A stretch of 64,000 nt of DNA from contig CP158636.1 of assembly GCA_050273025.1 (NCBI GenBank), positions 5,332,001-5,396,000 of the forward strand. The letters are read 5' to 3'. Each line of letters starts with the position of its first letter. The first letter of the stretch is position 1. Origin of the DNA: Cenococcum geophilum. Taxonomy: Eukaryota. The notes beneath the pieces are model-generated. The model was not told the DNA's origin and did no database searches. It saw only the letters and a list, made by a program, of their open reading frames with translations. This document shows, one piece after another, positions 23,273-36,933 of this stretch. The position numbers and the translations under genes were made by a program.

Positions 23273-24742
23273 TCAGGCCGTGTCATGAATCTCATTCCAT
23301 TTCTTTTTACAAGTTGCATTCCCAAACTGATATGATCCACCTTTGGCTGCAATGTATTCCGAGATACTTTTCCATGATACCTTGGAGATCTTGGCGCTCC
23401 GGTCCATTCCGCGACATGCTTTGGTGCTTTCCAATTCTCTAAGATCTATCTTAACCGCCTCTTTAAGAAGTCGGATCTGAAAGGCATCTCGTTAGTCACA
23501 GAAGTTTAACAATTTTATGCCACTGCTTACGTCTCTTTCCGTCCACACGGGTTTGCGCACTCGATCCTTTCTCGCTTTTGTCAAGGCCCTAAAGCGTCCT
23601 CTGAGCGTTGACTCCGCAGCTTGAAGCCCCCCTTTTTGCCTGATTTCCTTGTATGACATTCCGGCGCGTCTCGATGTTACTAAGAAGCAGTCTTCTGTCT
23701 TTCGGCGTGGAGTGATATAACGAATAGTATTAAGACCTCCAATGCCCCTATTGTTTGAGCGTGCTCCGGGCCTTTGAGCCGTGTCCTCTTTGGTTCTTTC
23801 TGCAGATTTTCTATCCTCATCTTGCGGGGTTAACCGTTGGACAGCTCTGTTCCGCGAATGGATAACTTGTGGCAGATCTTTGATTCGGCAGTATTCCTGC
23901 TGTGGCTCTAACGAAGGTCTATGCTGGGTCGACAATGTTTGAAAAGATTTTCGCACTGCCACCGAGATTCTGAGGCCGGCTTTGGGGTCTTTATATCTAT
24001 CTCCAATTGCACAGTCGCTGTCCACCTCGCTTCCTCCGATGACAATATCTGGCAAGTCAGCTCGGTCAGGCAATTCCTCGACTATCTGCAAAGGCCCTTT
24101 CCTATTCATCTGGGGAAATCCCCTGCCATCGGTAAGCTGGACATTCGTGGCCAGTCGAGGATCAAGAAAACTCATCCGCATATCCACGAATTCATGTTCT
24201 TGGCACGCATCGCGACTTATGCTTCGAGGCGAGTTCATCTTGGTGTACGAACTCATATCGCCATTGAGATATTTTCCAGCGCGGGATGGCTGATCAAAGC
24301 TCGCCAGAGAACTCGGGGATTGCCCACAATCAGACTGATCCCTGAACGAGCTCATGGAAGACCACCCTTCGTCCCGTAGAAACCAAGGGCTTTTATCGAA
24401 GAGAATCGACTTCGGGAATCCGGGATTTGTCACTGAAAGATCATAAGCGGCATAATGATCTTGATATGCCATGAGATGCAAATCTCCTCCGTTGGAATTG
24501 GTGCTATTCCGGAGATTCATCCCCGGGGTAGTATCATCAAAGGAATCCTCATACTTCATTGGAAAGCCTATGGCCTGGCCTTCCATATCCAGCATCACAG
24601 AGCTCGGGGCTCCCGTAAAGTCCATATAATAGTTGTCGTATCGCCATGGCTCATCTAAGGTCGGGATAAACGGCTTTTCACCAAACTCAATTGATCTCGT
24701 AACCGCATCTAGCCCTCGGTTGGGATTGAGCGAGTGAGGCAC
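23273..24742 (-). CDS. Fungal protein with a C-terminal Myb/homeodomain-like region (start uncertain; intron 23477-23530)
   Basis: FLVTSRRAGMSYKEIR..AAESTLRGRFRALTK..RVRKPVWTERD spliced to IRLLKEAV..VSWKSISEYIAAKGGSYQFGNATCKKKW. Confidence 0.7.
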
Positions 24743-27369
24743 TGGTGGAAAGAAGAAGTCTGCGTTCTCAGTTTCATCAAGCCTCCCATTCTAACGTTCA
24801 TCAGTATTTTCACAATTCTATTCGTCGAGAATTCTTTTGGTATACTTACAGAAGGTCTATCAAGCTGCATGATGGATGAGACAGCCTCTGCATGAGATTG
24901 CATGATATCAAATTGAGCAGTATACCGTAGATTCCTGATCCCGCAAGACACAATAACACTGCAGGGCTGGCTGAGGTTATGAAAGGAATCCGAACTGTGT
25001 AATATCACCATCATTAACCACTACAAAGCCATGGATTCCTACAGTATCAGAGTTCTGCTGATTCAAAGGATTTCAAGCTTTCATTGGCGGAGTCAACCTA
25101 GTTGACCGCTTGTTGCTAGAATATTCATCCGAAAGAGGCGTTAAAATTATTAGTCGTGAATGGCCTAGGAAACTTGCAGTGTATTAACGATTTCGTGATT
25201 ACTCGTCGCTGTTATTCGCTGAGGGTAGACCGCTTCAAGGCATTAACCCGTCAAAATCTCGTCGGGTTTAAACGTATCTTTTCGCCCTTATACCGATGAC
25301 GCCGTCTTCCGAGTGGAAAATGCAGAGGCAGCGTCAATATTTTACCACAAAATATTTCTACGCTTCCTGGACAAAGTGCAACTGGCAAAGGTCAACTCAA
25401 AAGTATCCAACATGCATCATGTTATCAACATTTCAGCGTTGAAAGATAACCGAACTAGATTCTTACAGCTCTTGCCACGCAACGAAAGATAAAACCGCCA
25501 CACCGCGACTGACTTTGATAGTGCTCAGAAAGCTAAAAGGAAATTTGATCAGGAGTGGAATGGTCTCAACATAGTTCATAAGACTATAATCTGAAGATTG
25601 ACAATTCAGGAGATGCGTGCGACTCGCTGATGGAATCTCGGCGAGAAAGTATATCGAATTAGGCAAACTTGTTCACAATGGTTCCTCCAGTGACCTGCTG
25701 GCTCAGCATGAAGCCTCATATTTATTGAGCCGATGGAATTCTGCAACGAAGTACACTCGTGCGGATCAGTACAATGGTGCGTTTGAATTCATGTGGGCCA
25801 ACATACTCCCCACGACGGGAAGATTCTACCAGGCTCTCTTTCCAGGGGCTCGAATATTAGCTATCGTCGAGTACGGGAACGGCTCGGAAACATAAGGTCT
25901 CTAGGTAGGTAGTGCGATAGGTGGGATTCCACTCCAAGATCTTTCTGAACCTTATCGCTAGTAGCCTGCTATATCAAGTGCCATCCATCTTATTGAAGCT
26001 TGATGCATCATTCTCAAGCTCAGCAAGACTCATCCAGCTTTCCATTAGTTTCGTTAGTACTTACAGTGTCCACAGATGCAAACATTATTTGAGTAAGTGA
26101 CAGATCAAAGCTCGGGAATCTCTGGTTTAGTCGCAGCTACTCTCGGGAGCGTACCAAAGGTCGCCGTTCTAGCTGCTGACACGCATGAGTGAGCTGGCTT
26201 CGTCTGCGCTAAATCCTGCTTGTGGAAGGCGGCTACGGTTGCTTGCATATGGGTTAAACACTTGCTCCGCGTTAAATCACGGTGCACACGTCGACTCCCG
26301 GTCAGTACAGCCGGTGTCTGTCTGGTACCAGTTAGCATATTCCTGGTAGATCTTCTCATCTTCAAAGAACGAAAACATTCATGGTTTTAAAACAGTCAAA
26401 GATGTCCTGTAGTAATATAGGAGTGGATATTCTATGACACAGTGTCCTCATGCGCTGGTCCGCTGGTCGGGTCTGCCTCACGTTTCTACTCACATACGGT
26501 GGATTTAAGCATCACGTAGCGTGCTTTGCTGGCGTTTTGGGAGAGCCCAGACGTCCCCCAGTACCCCCCGGTTTCTCGAATTGCTACCTGTATATATGTT
26601 AATGTTACCACGGTTAAAGAAAATTGCAAGGAACTAATAACTCCTCATTCAAAACCCCACGACTTAAACTATTAGATTCCCGCAAGCCGGGCCAGGGTAA
26701 TAATCCAATTAGACCCTAGATTCTGCCCTCATGAGATGCGCAAGCTCAACCCTTCCGTTGAATATCGAGCTTCACGGTGCAGACTCCCGAGGTCGCCTGC
26801 TGACGGTAGCTTACAGTATCAATGGAGCCGATGTTGAGAGTTTTGGCTTATGCACCACCCTTCGGGACCGCGCAGGCGAACAAGGGACAGGATTACTGCC
26901 GTTCTTTAGAGGTCTATGTTCTGATGCGTTGGATTTTCGCGGAACTAACGAACCTGCAGCTGTCAAGCGAGCGCGTGTGCGGGCTGTTGTTCCGGCCGTA
27001 GGGAATCGTTTGCCTGTCAATTGTGTCACATAATGTTAACCGCGAAGAGCATCATAAGGCATTTCATAGCATCAACTAGTGGCAAAGACCTAGAGCAGTT
27101 TCAAGGCCTGCCGTCCGCGCTGTGTTTGAGATTTCCATAAATGAAGCGGAATCCTCGAGCTCCCGCTGCTTGATCAGAATAGGCCATCACCATCCTTGTC
27201 TCACTCTACAGTGGCATTGAGCTGATACGAATACAAACACAAGAACCCTGAGATGTCCGGATAACCTCGGCTGAGCTCATACAGTCAATACGCGCTCGCA
27301 TGCACCTTACACGCGCTTGATCTGCAGTGCTTGCGACTTACCAGCCTTCAGATCCTTTCAACAGACTCT

Positions 27370-28483
27370 CTAGATCTTCGAATTATATTGGAGTGCTAGA
27401 TCCGACCACGGAAGCCCCAGAAACTCCCACATGAAATGGAATCTGTGCACCAAGTCAGACTATGCATTCCACCCTAGCTCGACTTTCAATCAATTGAAGC
27501 AGAAGTAAGAAGAATTAAATAACCTCACCGATCACTTCCGAAAAAGGGCTCCTCCTCTCCCTTCTCATTCCGCACCCAAAACCAGGGACATCCAAAGGCA
27601 CCCCTATCAAGCGCTTCTTGCGTGTTATCCAGTAGTTTCTGCTTGTACTCCTGCGAGTTCGCGCCTGTGATAATCTCTTTCACTTGTTCAGGAGAGAAAT
27701 GCCGCTCAAGGGCTTGGGAGAGTAGGTCAGGCTTGCTGAGGTCCAGCTGCTGCTCCCACATTGCGATCCAAAGTTCGGTGAAGGCAGATTCATATTTCGG
27801 TTGAGGAAAGTGACGCTTGACGTACACCATGCTGCGTTGAGGCTAAGGGGTAAGAGTGAGTAATTGGATGATCTGCAGGAAGAGAGATGAGCAAAGTAAG
27901 TTGCCTAGTCAACCCACCAATAGGGAAAGGATTGGGAAGAACGAGGGAGTTTTGATGTCTGGAACGCCAAAGTATTTCCTTGCACGGGCATTATCATAGA
28001 TGCCGTATTTGCCTTTGGCAGGTAGAGTCCAAGGAGGTTTATTTCCTAACAGTGTGTTAGTTGATAAGAGAAGATGTGGAGGGTAGTGAATACTACCGCT
28101 ACCAACATTGATGCCGCCAAGGAAGACTGGGATGAATCTGGGATGACCGTTAGTCTACGTTTTGTACCATCGAAATAGTTCTCCTGACGGTCCCTAAGAA
28201 AAACCTGGTATTTTGAAATGAAATGCAAGTATTTTTTTTTGGCAAGGAAGAATGGCGCGAGGAGGCGGGGAAGTCATGATGTTACTGGCTAGGCCGCGAA
28301 ATGATGAGTGCCTTACTCAATGTCTACACTATGAGACCTTAAAGCTGCTCTATTTTTAAGCAGGTAAAGCAGTGCAAAATACGAGTACGGGGAAACTATC
28401 ATCCATCAGTCAGACCAATTGCACTGTACGTGTCATAGGTAACCCGTACCACAGTCAAGATAGCAGTCAATCTTCCCGCCCAT
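27370..28483 (-). CDS. Glutathione S-transferase kappa / HCCA isomerase (DsbA-like fold), multi-exon
   Basis: MGGKIDCYLDC/SPYSYF start, NKPPWTLPAK, GAFGCPWFWV..EPFFGSDRF; ends ..NSKI*. Confidence 0.9.
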
Positions 28484-28900
28484 TTTCGGAATGACAAACG
28501 CGTCAAGAGATAATGGCGTGCTAGAGAAACGGTATTACAAAACTAAAGCTCTGCTGGCCCATTATCTAAACGTCAACTTCTCCTGTGGAGACCTCATAAG
28601 CTGATGGTCTTAGCGTTGATCATTGCCGAGGTTCGAGGGATCAGTTTCATCTATCAGTAATCACTTCTTTATCGTCCACCCAACAGCTATGCAACAACCC
28701 TCCTGAGATTCGAAAGACCGAGGCTTAGGTCTGAGCTTCTCTCCTGGCTTCTTCATTGCTACTGTAGATCTTAGAGGGTGTTGTGAGAGCTCTTATGAGC
28801 ACACGACACCCGATTAACCAACCAGTCTATCAGCTTCGTATTAACTTCTTCGGACTACTCTGCTCCCCTTAAGCTATATCCATAGTTTCCTCCCGGCATT

Positions 28901-29950
28901 ATGGTTATTGGCAAGCAGGTAGTGCTCATTGTTGGCGCCTCAAGAGGTATAGGACGCCAAGTCGCCATTGATCTAGCAAAGAACGGATATGCAAGTAAGA
29001 GCATCTTTCACCCGTCATTCCATTAAGTTTGATCAATTAACTCTAACCCGCCATCTGCTTTAGTCGTTGTTGCTGCGAAGAGCACTTCCGATGCCTCTAA
29101 AGCGAATCCGTTCCCGCCTGATCCTAACTCCCCGCAATCAACAATAAGCACTGTAGAGCGCGAAATCCGCGAAGCTGGAGGCGAGGCAACCGCCGTCGCG
29201 GTTGACACACGCGATTTTGCCAGTGTAGAAATAATGGTGACTAGGACAGTTGAGCTTTACGGTCGTCTTGATGTACTTATTTACAATTCCGGCGCGATAT
29301 GGTGGGCAAGTGTCGAGAACACGCCCATGAAGCGGTTCCAATTGATGCAGCGCGTGAACCCAGAGGGATTATATGGTACCATTCAAGCCGCCCTTCCACA
29401 TTTCAAAAAGAACGGTTGGAAAGGCAGAATCATCGTTGTTAGCCCACCGATCTATTCACGGTTCTTTCGCGGCAAGACAGCATATGCAATGGGCAAGGTT
29501 GGCATGAGCGTGCTTACCAAAGGGCTGGCGATGGACTTCGAGAGGAATGGCAAAAACGACATGGCGATCACGAGCATATGGCCTGCTACGGCCATTCAGT
29601 CCGCTGCGACTGACAACACGGACCGGGGTTCCGTTAAGGATCTCAGGAAACCAGCACGTCGACCATAAACCCGCCCAGGGAGTTTGAAGAGCTAACTTGA
29701 ACAGACGATCTACTCCGATGCTATATTGGCCATGCTACGAGCACCCCCATCAGACGTTAATGGCTGCCTCGAACTTGATGAAGACTTCCTTCGCAAGACT
29801 GGGGTCACCGACTTCTCTAAATATAACATCGTGCCTGGGGCCCAGCCACGGAGAATCATGCCCGCAGAATTTCCTAATCTCGCTGTTCGAGAGCAAGATG
29901 ACGAGGGTAAGCGCATGGATAGTACGAAATTGAGGACATCAAGAATGTAG
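28901..29950 (+). CDS. Short-chain dehydrogenase/reductase, HSDL2-like, 3 exons
   Basis: VGASRGIG Rossmann motif, VVAAKS, LIYNSGAI, YAMGK (YxxxK), SIWPAT; ends ..TSRM*. Confidence 0.88.
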
Positions 29951-30737
29951 ACACGCTCCTTGTTGGAAGGATCGGAAGCTTCAAAAATCTATAAATCAGT
30001 GTCGCCATGGCAACTTTATACTTCGTTTCCGAGGCAATTTAAACAAGTCGTAAAAGCAATTCGGATTGCGGAATCTGACTGTCGTTGCGATTTCTAGCGT
30101 TAAAAGCAAAACTGCCTCCAGCAGATCCTAAGCATGCGAGGACGATGCCTATCAGGATCAGCTATGCAAATATAAGATCCCATTATCTTAAATTAAGTAG
30201 AGATTCAGAACTAATCAATAAGGACAGACCCTCGCAAAAGCAAGAGAAATCTATGATTCTACAATCGCGCTCAATTGATCCTTTTTCTGCACCCAATTGC
30301 ACGGCATCTGTTCGCACCAATGACTATCCAGTACCGTAATCTTGAACACGGCTTGTTCGATAACTACATTCCTGCTGCACTTCGTCTTCAAATGAGAATG
30401 TTCACTCACCCCACCGAGACTCCATTCCAGCCAAGACCTACACGACCATAACAAACACGAATCTTCCGACACGTTAAATGTACACACGGGAACTAAGAAG
30501 CCAACTCCGTCTCTTGGGGCTAGGATGTACACTCTATCTCTCCTTAACGTTTGAATGTGTCGCAGTCTGACTTTCGTTCTCACAACGTTCATTAATCACT
30601 TTTAGATTCCAGCTTTTTCTGCCTCCTTGTAAAACTTATCTAATAGCTTTCGCACCGTCTTTGTGTCCACGCGATCACTTTACTGGGCGAAACCCGGAAT
30701 CGGAAGGATGGTGAAAAGCAATTGGAATTCAAGAAAT

Positions 30738-33700
30738 ATGCTCTCTAACCTTATATTTATTGTCTTTCTTTCCACATCGTCCGCTTCCGCCTCGCCGGCA
30801 AGCTTCACTACCTGGACGGCGCCTGCGCCGACTTCTTTTACGTCATGTCCTTATAACAACAACGCTATTTACGCAGAACCGACAGATGGACAACACTATC
30901 TAGTGCAATGTGGAGTTGATCGTGGTGGAGGCGACTACAACACATCGACTACTCCACAGTCGTTGACCGACTGTATTAATCTATGTGATCAGAATCCTGT
31001 ATGCGTTAGTGCGGCTTGGGTTCATGGAGGAACATGCTATCTAAAGGACACTCACCAAACACCCAGCACTAATGGCAATGTGGATTCGGCTGACTGCATT
31101 GACTGCCCACCACCTTCGCCTACTTCAAAGACCTCAGCAACTGCGACACCTACAAGTATCCAATGTCCGGCGCAGAATCAGACCTTTTACACGAACCCTG
31201 ATAATGGCGGCATTTACAGAATCGATTGCGGAATAGATCGAAGTGGTGGAGCGATATCCAACCCTTATACAAATGACCTTAACATGTGTATTCAAACATG
31301 CTCCAACACGACGGGCTGTTTACAGGTGGTCTGGGTTCTAGGTTCCCCTCAGGGGCCGTGCTACATGAAGAATTCAGTTGGAACCAGTATAGTCTACAAC
31401 AACAATCGTTACGGCGCAGTCAAGATATTTTCTGGCTGGCATACCACTTCTTCAAGCAGCTCATCCAGTGTTCTCTCCAGTAGTTCAACAGGCGTCAGCA
31501 CATCAACTACTCTGATGCCAACAAGTACTAGTTCAACCTCGGCCTCGACTCCAACATCATCTTTCATCAATTGACCGGCTTCTAATGGCACCATATATGC
31601 CTATATGGGCGTACAATGCCTCATCACGTGTTATATCGACCGCTTTGGCAATAATGAGCCTGGTGCGCCGTTCTACAATGCTTCAATGGAATAGTGCATT
31701 GCCGAATGTGCTCAATTCCCTAACTGCATAGACGCTTCATGGATTCCCGGTCCGCGATTCGACCCTAGTCAACCGTCGGGCCAAGGACCATGTTTCCCAA
31801 AATATGCTGCTGGTAGTCCTGTCGTAAATCCAACTGTGTGGGATGCTTCGGCCCTCATATCTAGGACTTCGTCATCCCCGTCAGCCACGAGCAACTCTTC
31901 ATTACCTAGCTCACCTATCATCACATTGAGTTCGTCAATTTCAATATCGTTTAGCTCTCTAGTACCAAGCACCAGCTCGTCAAGTTCTTATTCATCGGCA
32001 GGCAGTTCTTCTTGGTCTAGTTCTTCGTTTGTTACGACAAGCTCGTCTACTTCATCTGTTTCGTTTTCGCCTAATTCTTCAATTACGTCCTCATCCAGTT
32101 CATCGGCCGCTCCTACGAGCTCGCCCATCGTATCTGCTTCATCATCCCCTAGTAGTTTTGTGCGGACTGGCTCAGGCAGCAGTTCATCCACTTCGAGTTT
32201 CACTTCCTCTTCTGCCAGCCCATCATCGTGCTGCGGACTGGTTCCCGGATTGACATACAATTCTGGCTCTAACACTCACCAGATTCAGTGCGGCTCATAC
32301 TCGGGTGACTTTTTGTATTCATATCTTGCTCCCAGTTTCGCATTATGCAGTTCTGCCTGCTCACCATATGCCAACTGCTACGAAGCAGTTTTTATCCCCG
32401 GTATTCCCCCCGGCACCTGCAATTTCTACGCCTACGACCTAGCTGCCAGTACTATTAATAACCCTAGCGCTTGTGTGGGCATTCTTGCACCGACTACAAC
32501 TACATCTTTAACGTCAATCTCAACTACAAGTAGCCTCCCATCGTCTTCCACAAGTGGCTCATTGCCGTCGCCTACCAGCACTTCCTCGTCTACCTCAAGC
32601 AGCCTCTCAGCCTCATCAAGCCTATCTTCTGCATCTTCGAGCAACCTTTTGTCATCCTCGAACAGCCTCTCATTATCCCCAAGCATTTCACCATCTTCAT
32701 CTACCAGCAGCCTCTCGTCACCGTCTGTAACTAGGTCATCAGCCCTTTCATCTGCTGGGCCGGAAATATCTACTCTTTCATCAAGCACAAGCACTACTTC
32801 GAGCCCAAGTGTCACGCTCTGCCCGTACCTAAATGAGACAATATACCGCCCATCTGGAGGTGGCAGATGCCTGATTGAGTGTGGTATTGATCACGCCAGC
32901 GGTAATATAAATGTCAATGGCTCTTTCAGGACACCGGACCTTAATGGCTGCATTGCTGGCTGTCAACGGCAGCCAGGCTGTATTGATGTTTCGTTCTCCA
33001 CTGGGCCAAAAGTATGTTACATGAAGTATGCCATCAGTGCTATCTCTTTCAATTCTGAATCAGTCAATGGAGCTATTTGCAATTTCACTATCACAACGAC
33101 AAGCTCCATGTCATCTACTATGACTTCGTCCATGTCAACCTCAAGTTCTTCAAGCAGCATGTCTTCGAGCTCATCAATTCCATCCTCTGCCACTCCGTTG
33201 ACTACATTTTCTTCTATATCGAGTCCGTCACCCCGTGATGTGCTGTGGCCTTGTCAATGGCACAATTTCCACGGCCTATCCACTGCCTTCCTTCATAGTC
33301 GATTGTGGAACCGACCATGCAGGTGGTGATTTACAAGGCTATACCAATCTGACGTTCACCCAATGTGTAAATACTTGTTCAACCAATCCTGCCCGTATCG
33401 ATCTAACCTTCGCCACTTCTGCAGGCTGCTATCTCAAGCATGCTATTGGCCCTGTCAGTTATCATACGAATTTCTGCGGGATGATCAAGATTATCCCTTG
33501 ACACGGCAATTTGCGTCCAACGAGAATGTGGCCCGTGCTCGGATATTTAAAGCCTTCGATTCTAAAGTATATTGATATATAAGCTTAATCTTTGGAGCTG
33601 ATTCGCTTAATATAAGGTAGCTAATACTCGTTCTTATTGCAGAACGGTATTTTAAATTCTACGCAGATGTACACGTAGTTTCAAAAACAGTGTTCGCGCA

Positions 33701-34950
33701 CAGACCACCTCCCGTTGGACGCTGCGATAAGCTCGAGTTCCTCCAGACCTTTAATGCCAACCTCGGCAACGACAATGATATCCTCGGGTTACTCTGGCAG
33801 CACTATGACAACTACCAACATGTTAAACCCTTCGACAGCTGTTTCTTCTAGCAGCATATCAACATCCATGCCTACAACGTCAAGCACGTCAAGCAGCATA
33901 CCGATTATGCCATCATCAACATTTAGTGGAGGTATGTCCAGTTCCTCATCATTCCCAAATCCAAGCTCGAGTTCAGCATCAAGCAGCATGTCAAATACTG
34001 TTTCGACATCTTCAAGTTCATCCTCCACTTCTTTAAGTTCACCCTCCACTGCTACATTCATAGCGACCATAACTTCATCTCAATCACCATCATACTCTTC
34101 AAGCAGTCTCGGCACCACAGCCGTGAGCTCTAGCTCGACAGCGACAACATCTTCCCCTAGTAGTACTACACAATTGAGTTCTGAAAGTGACATTATATCA
34201 GGTTCAAGCAGACCTCCACCAACCATGACCAACAGCCCTACTATGTATATCTTGACCGTCTATGTGACATATACAACTATGTACCCGGCTACCTACACAC
34301 CACCACCAGCCACCACCACTGTAACTACAGTCCAAATCATAAGTGGATCAATCATCACTCAAACGCTAGTTTCAACTGCGCCTGGCGGAACGATCGCTCA
34401 AACGTATGTCGCTACTGTAATATTGACCTTGGTTACATATAGCGCTTGGCCACCGCCACTCTCAAGTTAGAACCCTCCTCTTCCACCTCCACCCTCAAGT
34501 TGAGGTCCCCCACCTCCTCAATCTAACTGGCCACCGCCCCCTCCGCCTCCACCTCCCTCCCCACTCGAGCGAGCCTCTACTCCCCCCCACCACCGCCCCC
34601 CCCACCTCCTCCTCCTCCTCACCCATCAACCCAAACGGATCCTGCGGCCCGCCTTTCAGTTATACCCGTAGCGGATCCTGGTACGGCGAATGCTGCAGCA
34701 ACCTCGGCACATGGTACGCCTTCTCTTCCCCCCTATTCCCCTCCACCCAACTCGCACATGCAGACAAACATGCAGCTAAGCACCCCAGCTAATGAGTACG
34801 TTATATAGTGGTAACGGCCCTGTCTCCTGCGGCCACGGCTGCAACCCAAATTACGGCACCTGCAACCGTGTCGGTTCGATGTCTAGTTTCACAGCCACGT
34901 CAGTCCCACGATACCGCAGTCAGTCTGCTCCAAGCCGCAACGGACGGTGA
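30738..34950 (+). pseudogene. Ser/Thr-rich cell-surface protein with repeated PAN/apple-like modules and a C-terminal hevein/CBM18 module, disrupted
   Basis: Signal peptide; repeated CGxDxxGGD..C..C...C......CYLK modules separated by S/T tracts; terminal GSCG...ECCS..G.CG....CG.GCNPNYGTC; in-frame stops at 31572, 31692, 34468 and 34501; frameshift near 33230. Confidence 0.8.
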
Positions 34951-36887
34951 CGGTCATGGCGTGGCTAGAGGGTCATGGACAGGGACCGTGGAAGGAGTAG
35001 AACAAAGAAGAGCCATCTCCTCTGCTAGTAAACAACTAGGGACATGGGATTGAATTTGAAGTTCATTAGTTTGAAGTAAGCGTGATGAATGTTTATTATT
35101 ATGACCGTGATTTATAGCATTTTATGACTGGGTTATGCGTAAGAGCAGGAATCTAATAGGAAATCGTTGTGTCCCATTTGCTATGCTGTCATGACTGTAC
35201 TAGAAATCACAGAGCTATCGGTGTTTCTACCTGGTTCCCCAATTTCAGGAGCTTACCTGATAATAAGGAAGCAGGTTACCCTCCGCGCCTTCTTTGTCTC
35301 TACTAAAGCCCAAGCTTCTAATTCTACTATTCCTCATGGATTTTCTTCCTAACCTTCTCCGGGTTGAAAATCCGAGTGTTTTTTTTATTGTGCACTTCCA
35401 TTTGTTACTTTTCAACATCCTTGGCATTAAGCTGCGCTCACAACGACTTCTAATTGGCGAGATTCTGCGTTTGATCTGAGGGGGCCTTCGGAGCCCTGTC
35501 TGGAGTATATTACGCAAATAATCAGCACAATTTCGTCTCCTTAGGGCAGTTGATAGCTGAGCAGGAAACTGCAGGGGTATATCCTAGTTCTCTTTCTCGT
35601 TACTAGAAATCTTATCTATCTTCTAAGCTCTTTCCTCTGTGTTATTGTGCTAGATGATGGACCAACTACTCCGTCCGTCATTGCCGTCATTAACTCTATT
35701 TGCCTAAAAACGTCTAGGGATCTCGGCTCATTCTGCTCTAGATATCCACACGCTGGAGCCATTATCACTACTTTATGCTCGGAGTACATCTTAATCAGTG
35801 TTATACTACAAAAGTCTGGATTACAGTTTAATTAATTGCCCTGGGTGCGATGACGATCTCTAATATTAGAAACTCAGGCTATTACATATTAGCTTAGTCT
35901 TATCAAACCCGCGGGGTTTAAAGGGCACAGCATCTACAGGCAGTCAACTTCCTTTAAGGGAGGTGATTAAAGTGAATTGAGCTCATTTTTAAAACTGAGA
36001 ACTACATAAAGAAATGTGAGGGCGCATTAAAGTACCACGATTTCAACTACACCCTGAGAGTCTATGATGTCCAAGTCTTTCACTAGTAGCCTTAGGGCGT
36101 CTAATCCTATATTGCATCGGGAAGGATAAGAGTACACTACTTGCAGTTTCGGGCAAGGATGTGCAGGCATAGAGTAGCCAGCCCTTTAAACACTCACATT
36201 TCCTAGAACAGCAAAGCCAAGGCACAAGTGTCTTGGCCCACCTCAGCAGGTCGAAAGCCTTCGCGAAGGCTAGCAGAGCACTCGACTAGCCATTCTCAAA
36301 TACCCATCAGCTAGCAAGCCATAACTGCCATTGAACCCAATCATTCATCACCATTAATAACCCGCAACGCCTCGATACTAATCCAGTCCTCCCAGATGCC
36401 CAAACAGGCAACCCCTCAACCCCTCCACCCCTCCACACCAGCGCACCACACCCGCCCATTCGCCCTGGCCCTCCTGCCAGAGCGCGCTGACTACATTGCC
36501 GCATTGTCGATGCCCCTCTTATTAATCAGCGGTGCCCCATGTAGCGGCCTTAGTAACCCTGTGTCATCTACGAGGGCGGCGAATCAGCGGGCGGCGATTC
36601 CCAACCCGCCAAGCGAGCACCGCCCCACACTCTTGCTCGTGCGCAGGGGAAATTTGGAATCATATTTGGAATCATATGTGGAATCATGGAACTAAGGTGG
36701 GAGTATATGAGCTAGGGAAGCGCCGTGGAGGGGTCGCGGTGGACTATTAAGAGCATAATCTCCCGGCGAGAGAGGATTGCAATTGCAGCTGCTAATTACC
36801 GCACGGTTTTTCGACTGTTCGAACTGCATCCATTACATTCTGCTCATTGTTTGATTGTTTACCGCGTGAATTGAGAGAAAGAGAAGG

Positions 36888-36923
<36 letters not shown>
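36888..36923 (+). repeat. (AGAC)9 microsatellite immediately upstream of the catalase-related gene ATG
   Basis: Nine perfect tetranucleotide units ending 10 bp before the ATG at 36934. Confidence 0.95.
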
Positions 36924-36933
36924 CTCCACGATA

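Noticed and set aside
25000..27300. Short ORFs between the Myb-like and GST-kappa genes
   Set aside because: No motifs, consistent splice pattern or codon bias; treated as intergenic.
31572..34503. Programmed stop-codon readthrough or A-to-I editing rescuing the PAN/CBM18 gene
   Set aside because: Only some stops are TAG at Trp positions; others replace Cys or Gln and there is a frameshift, so simple decay fits better.
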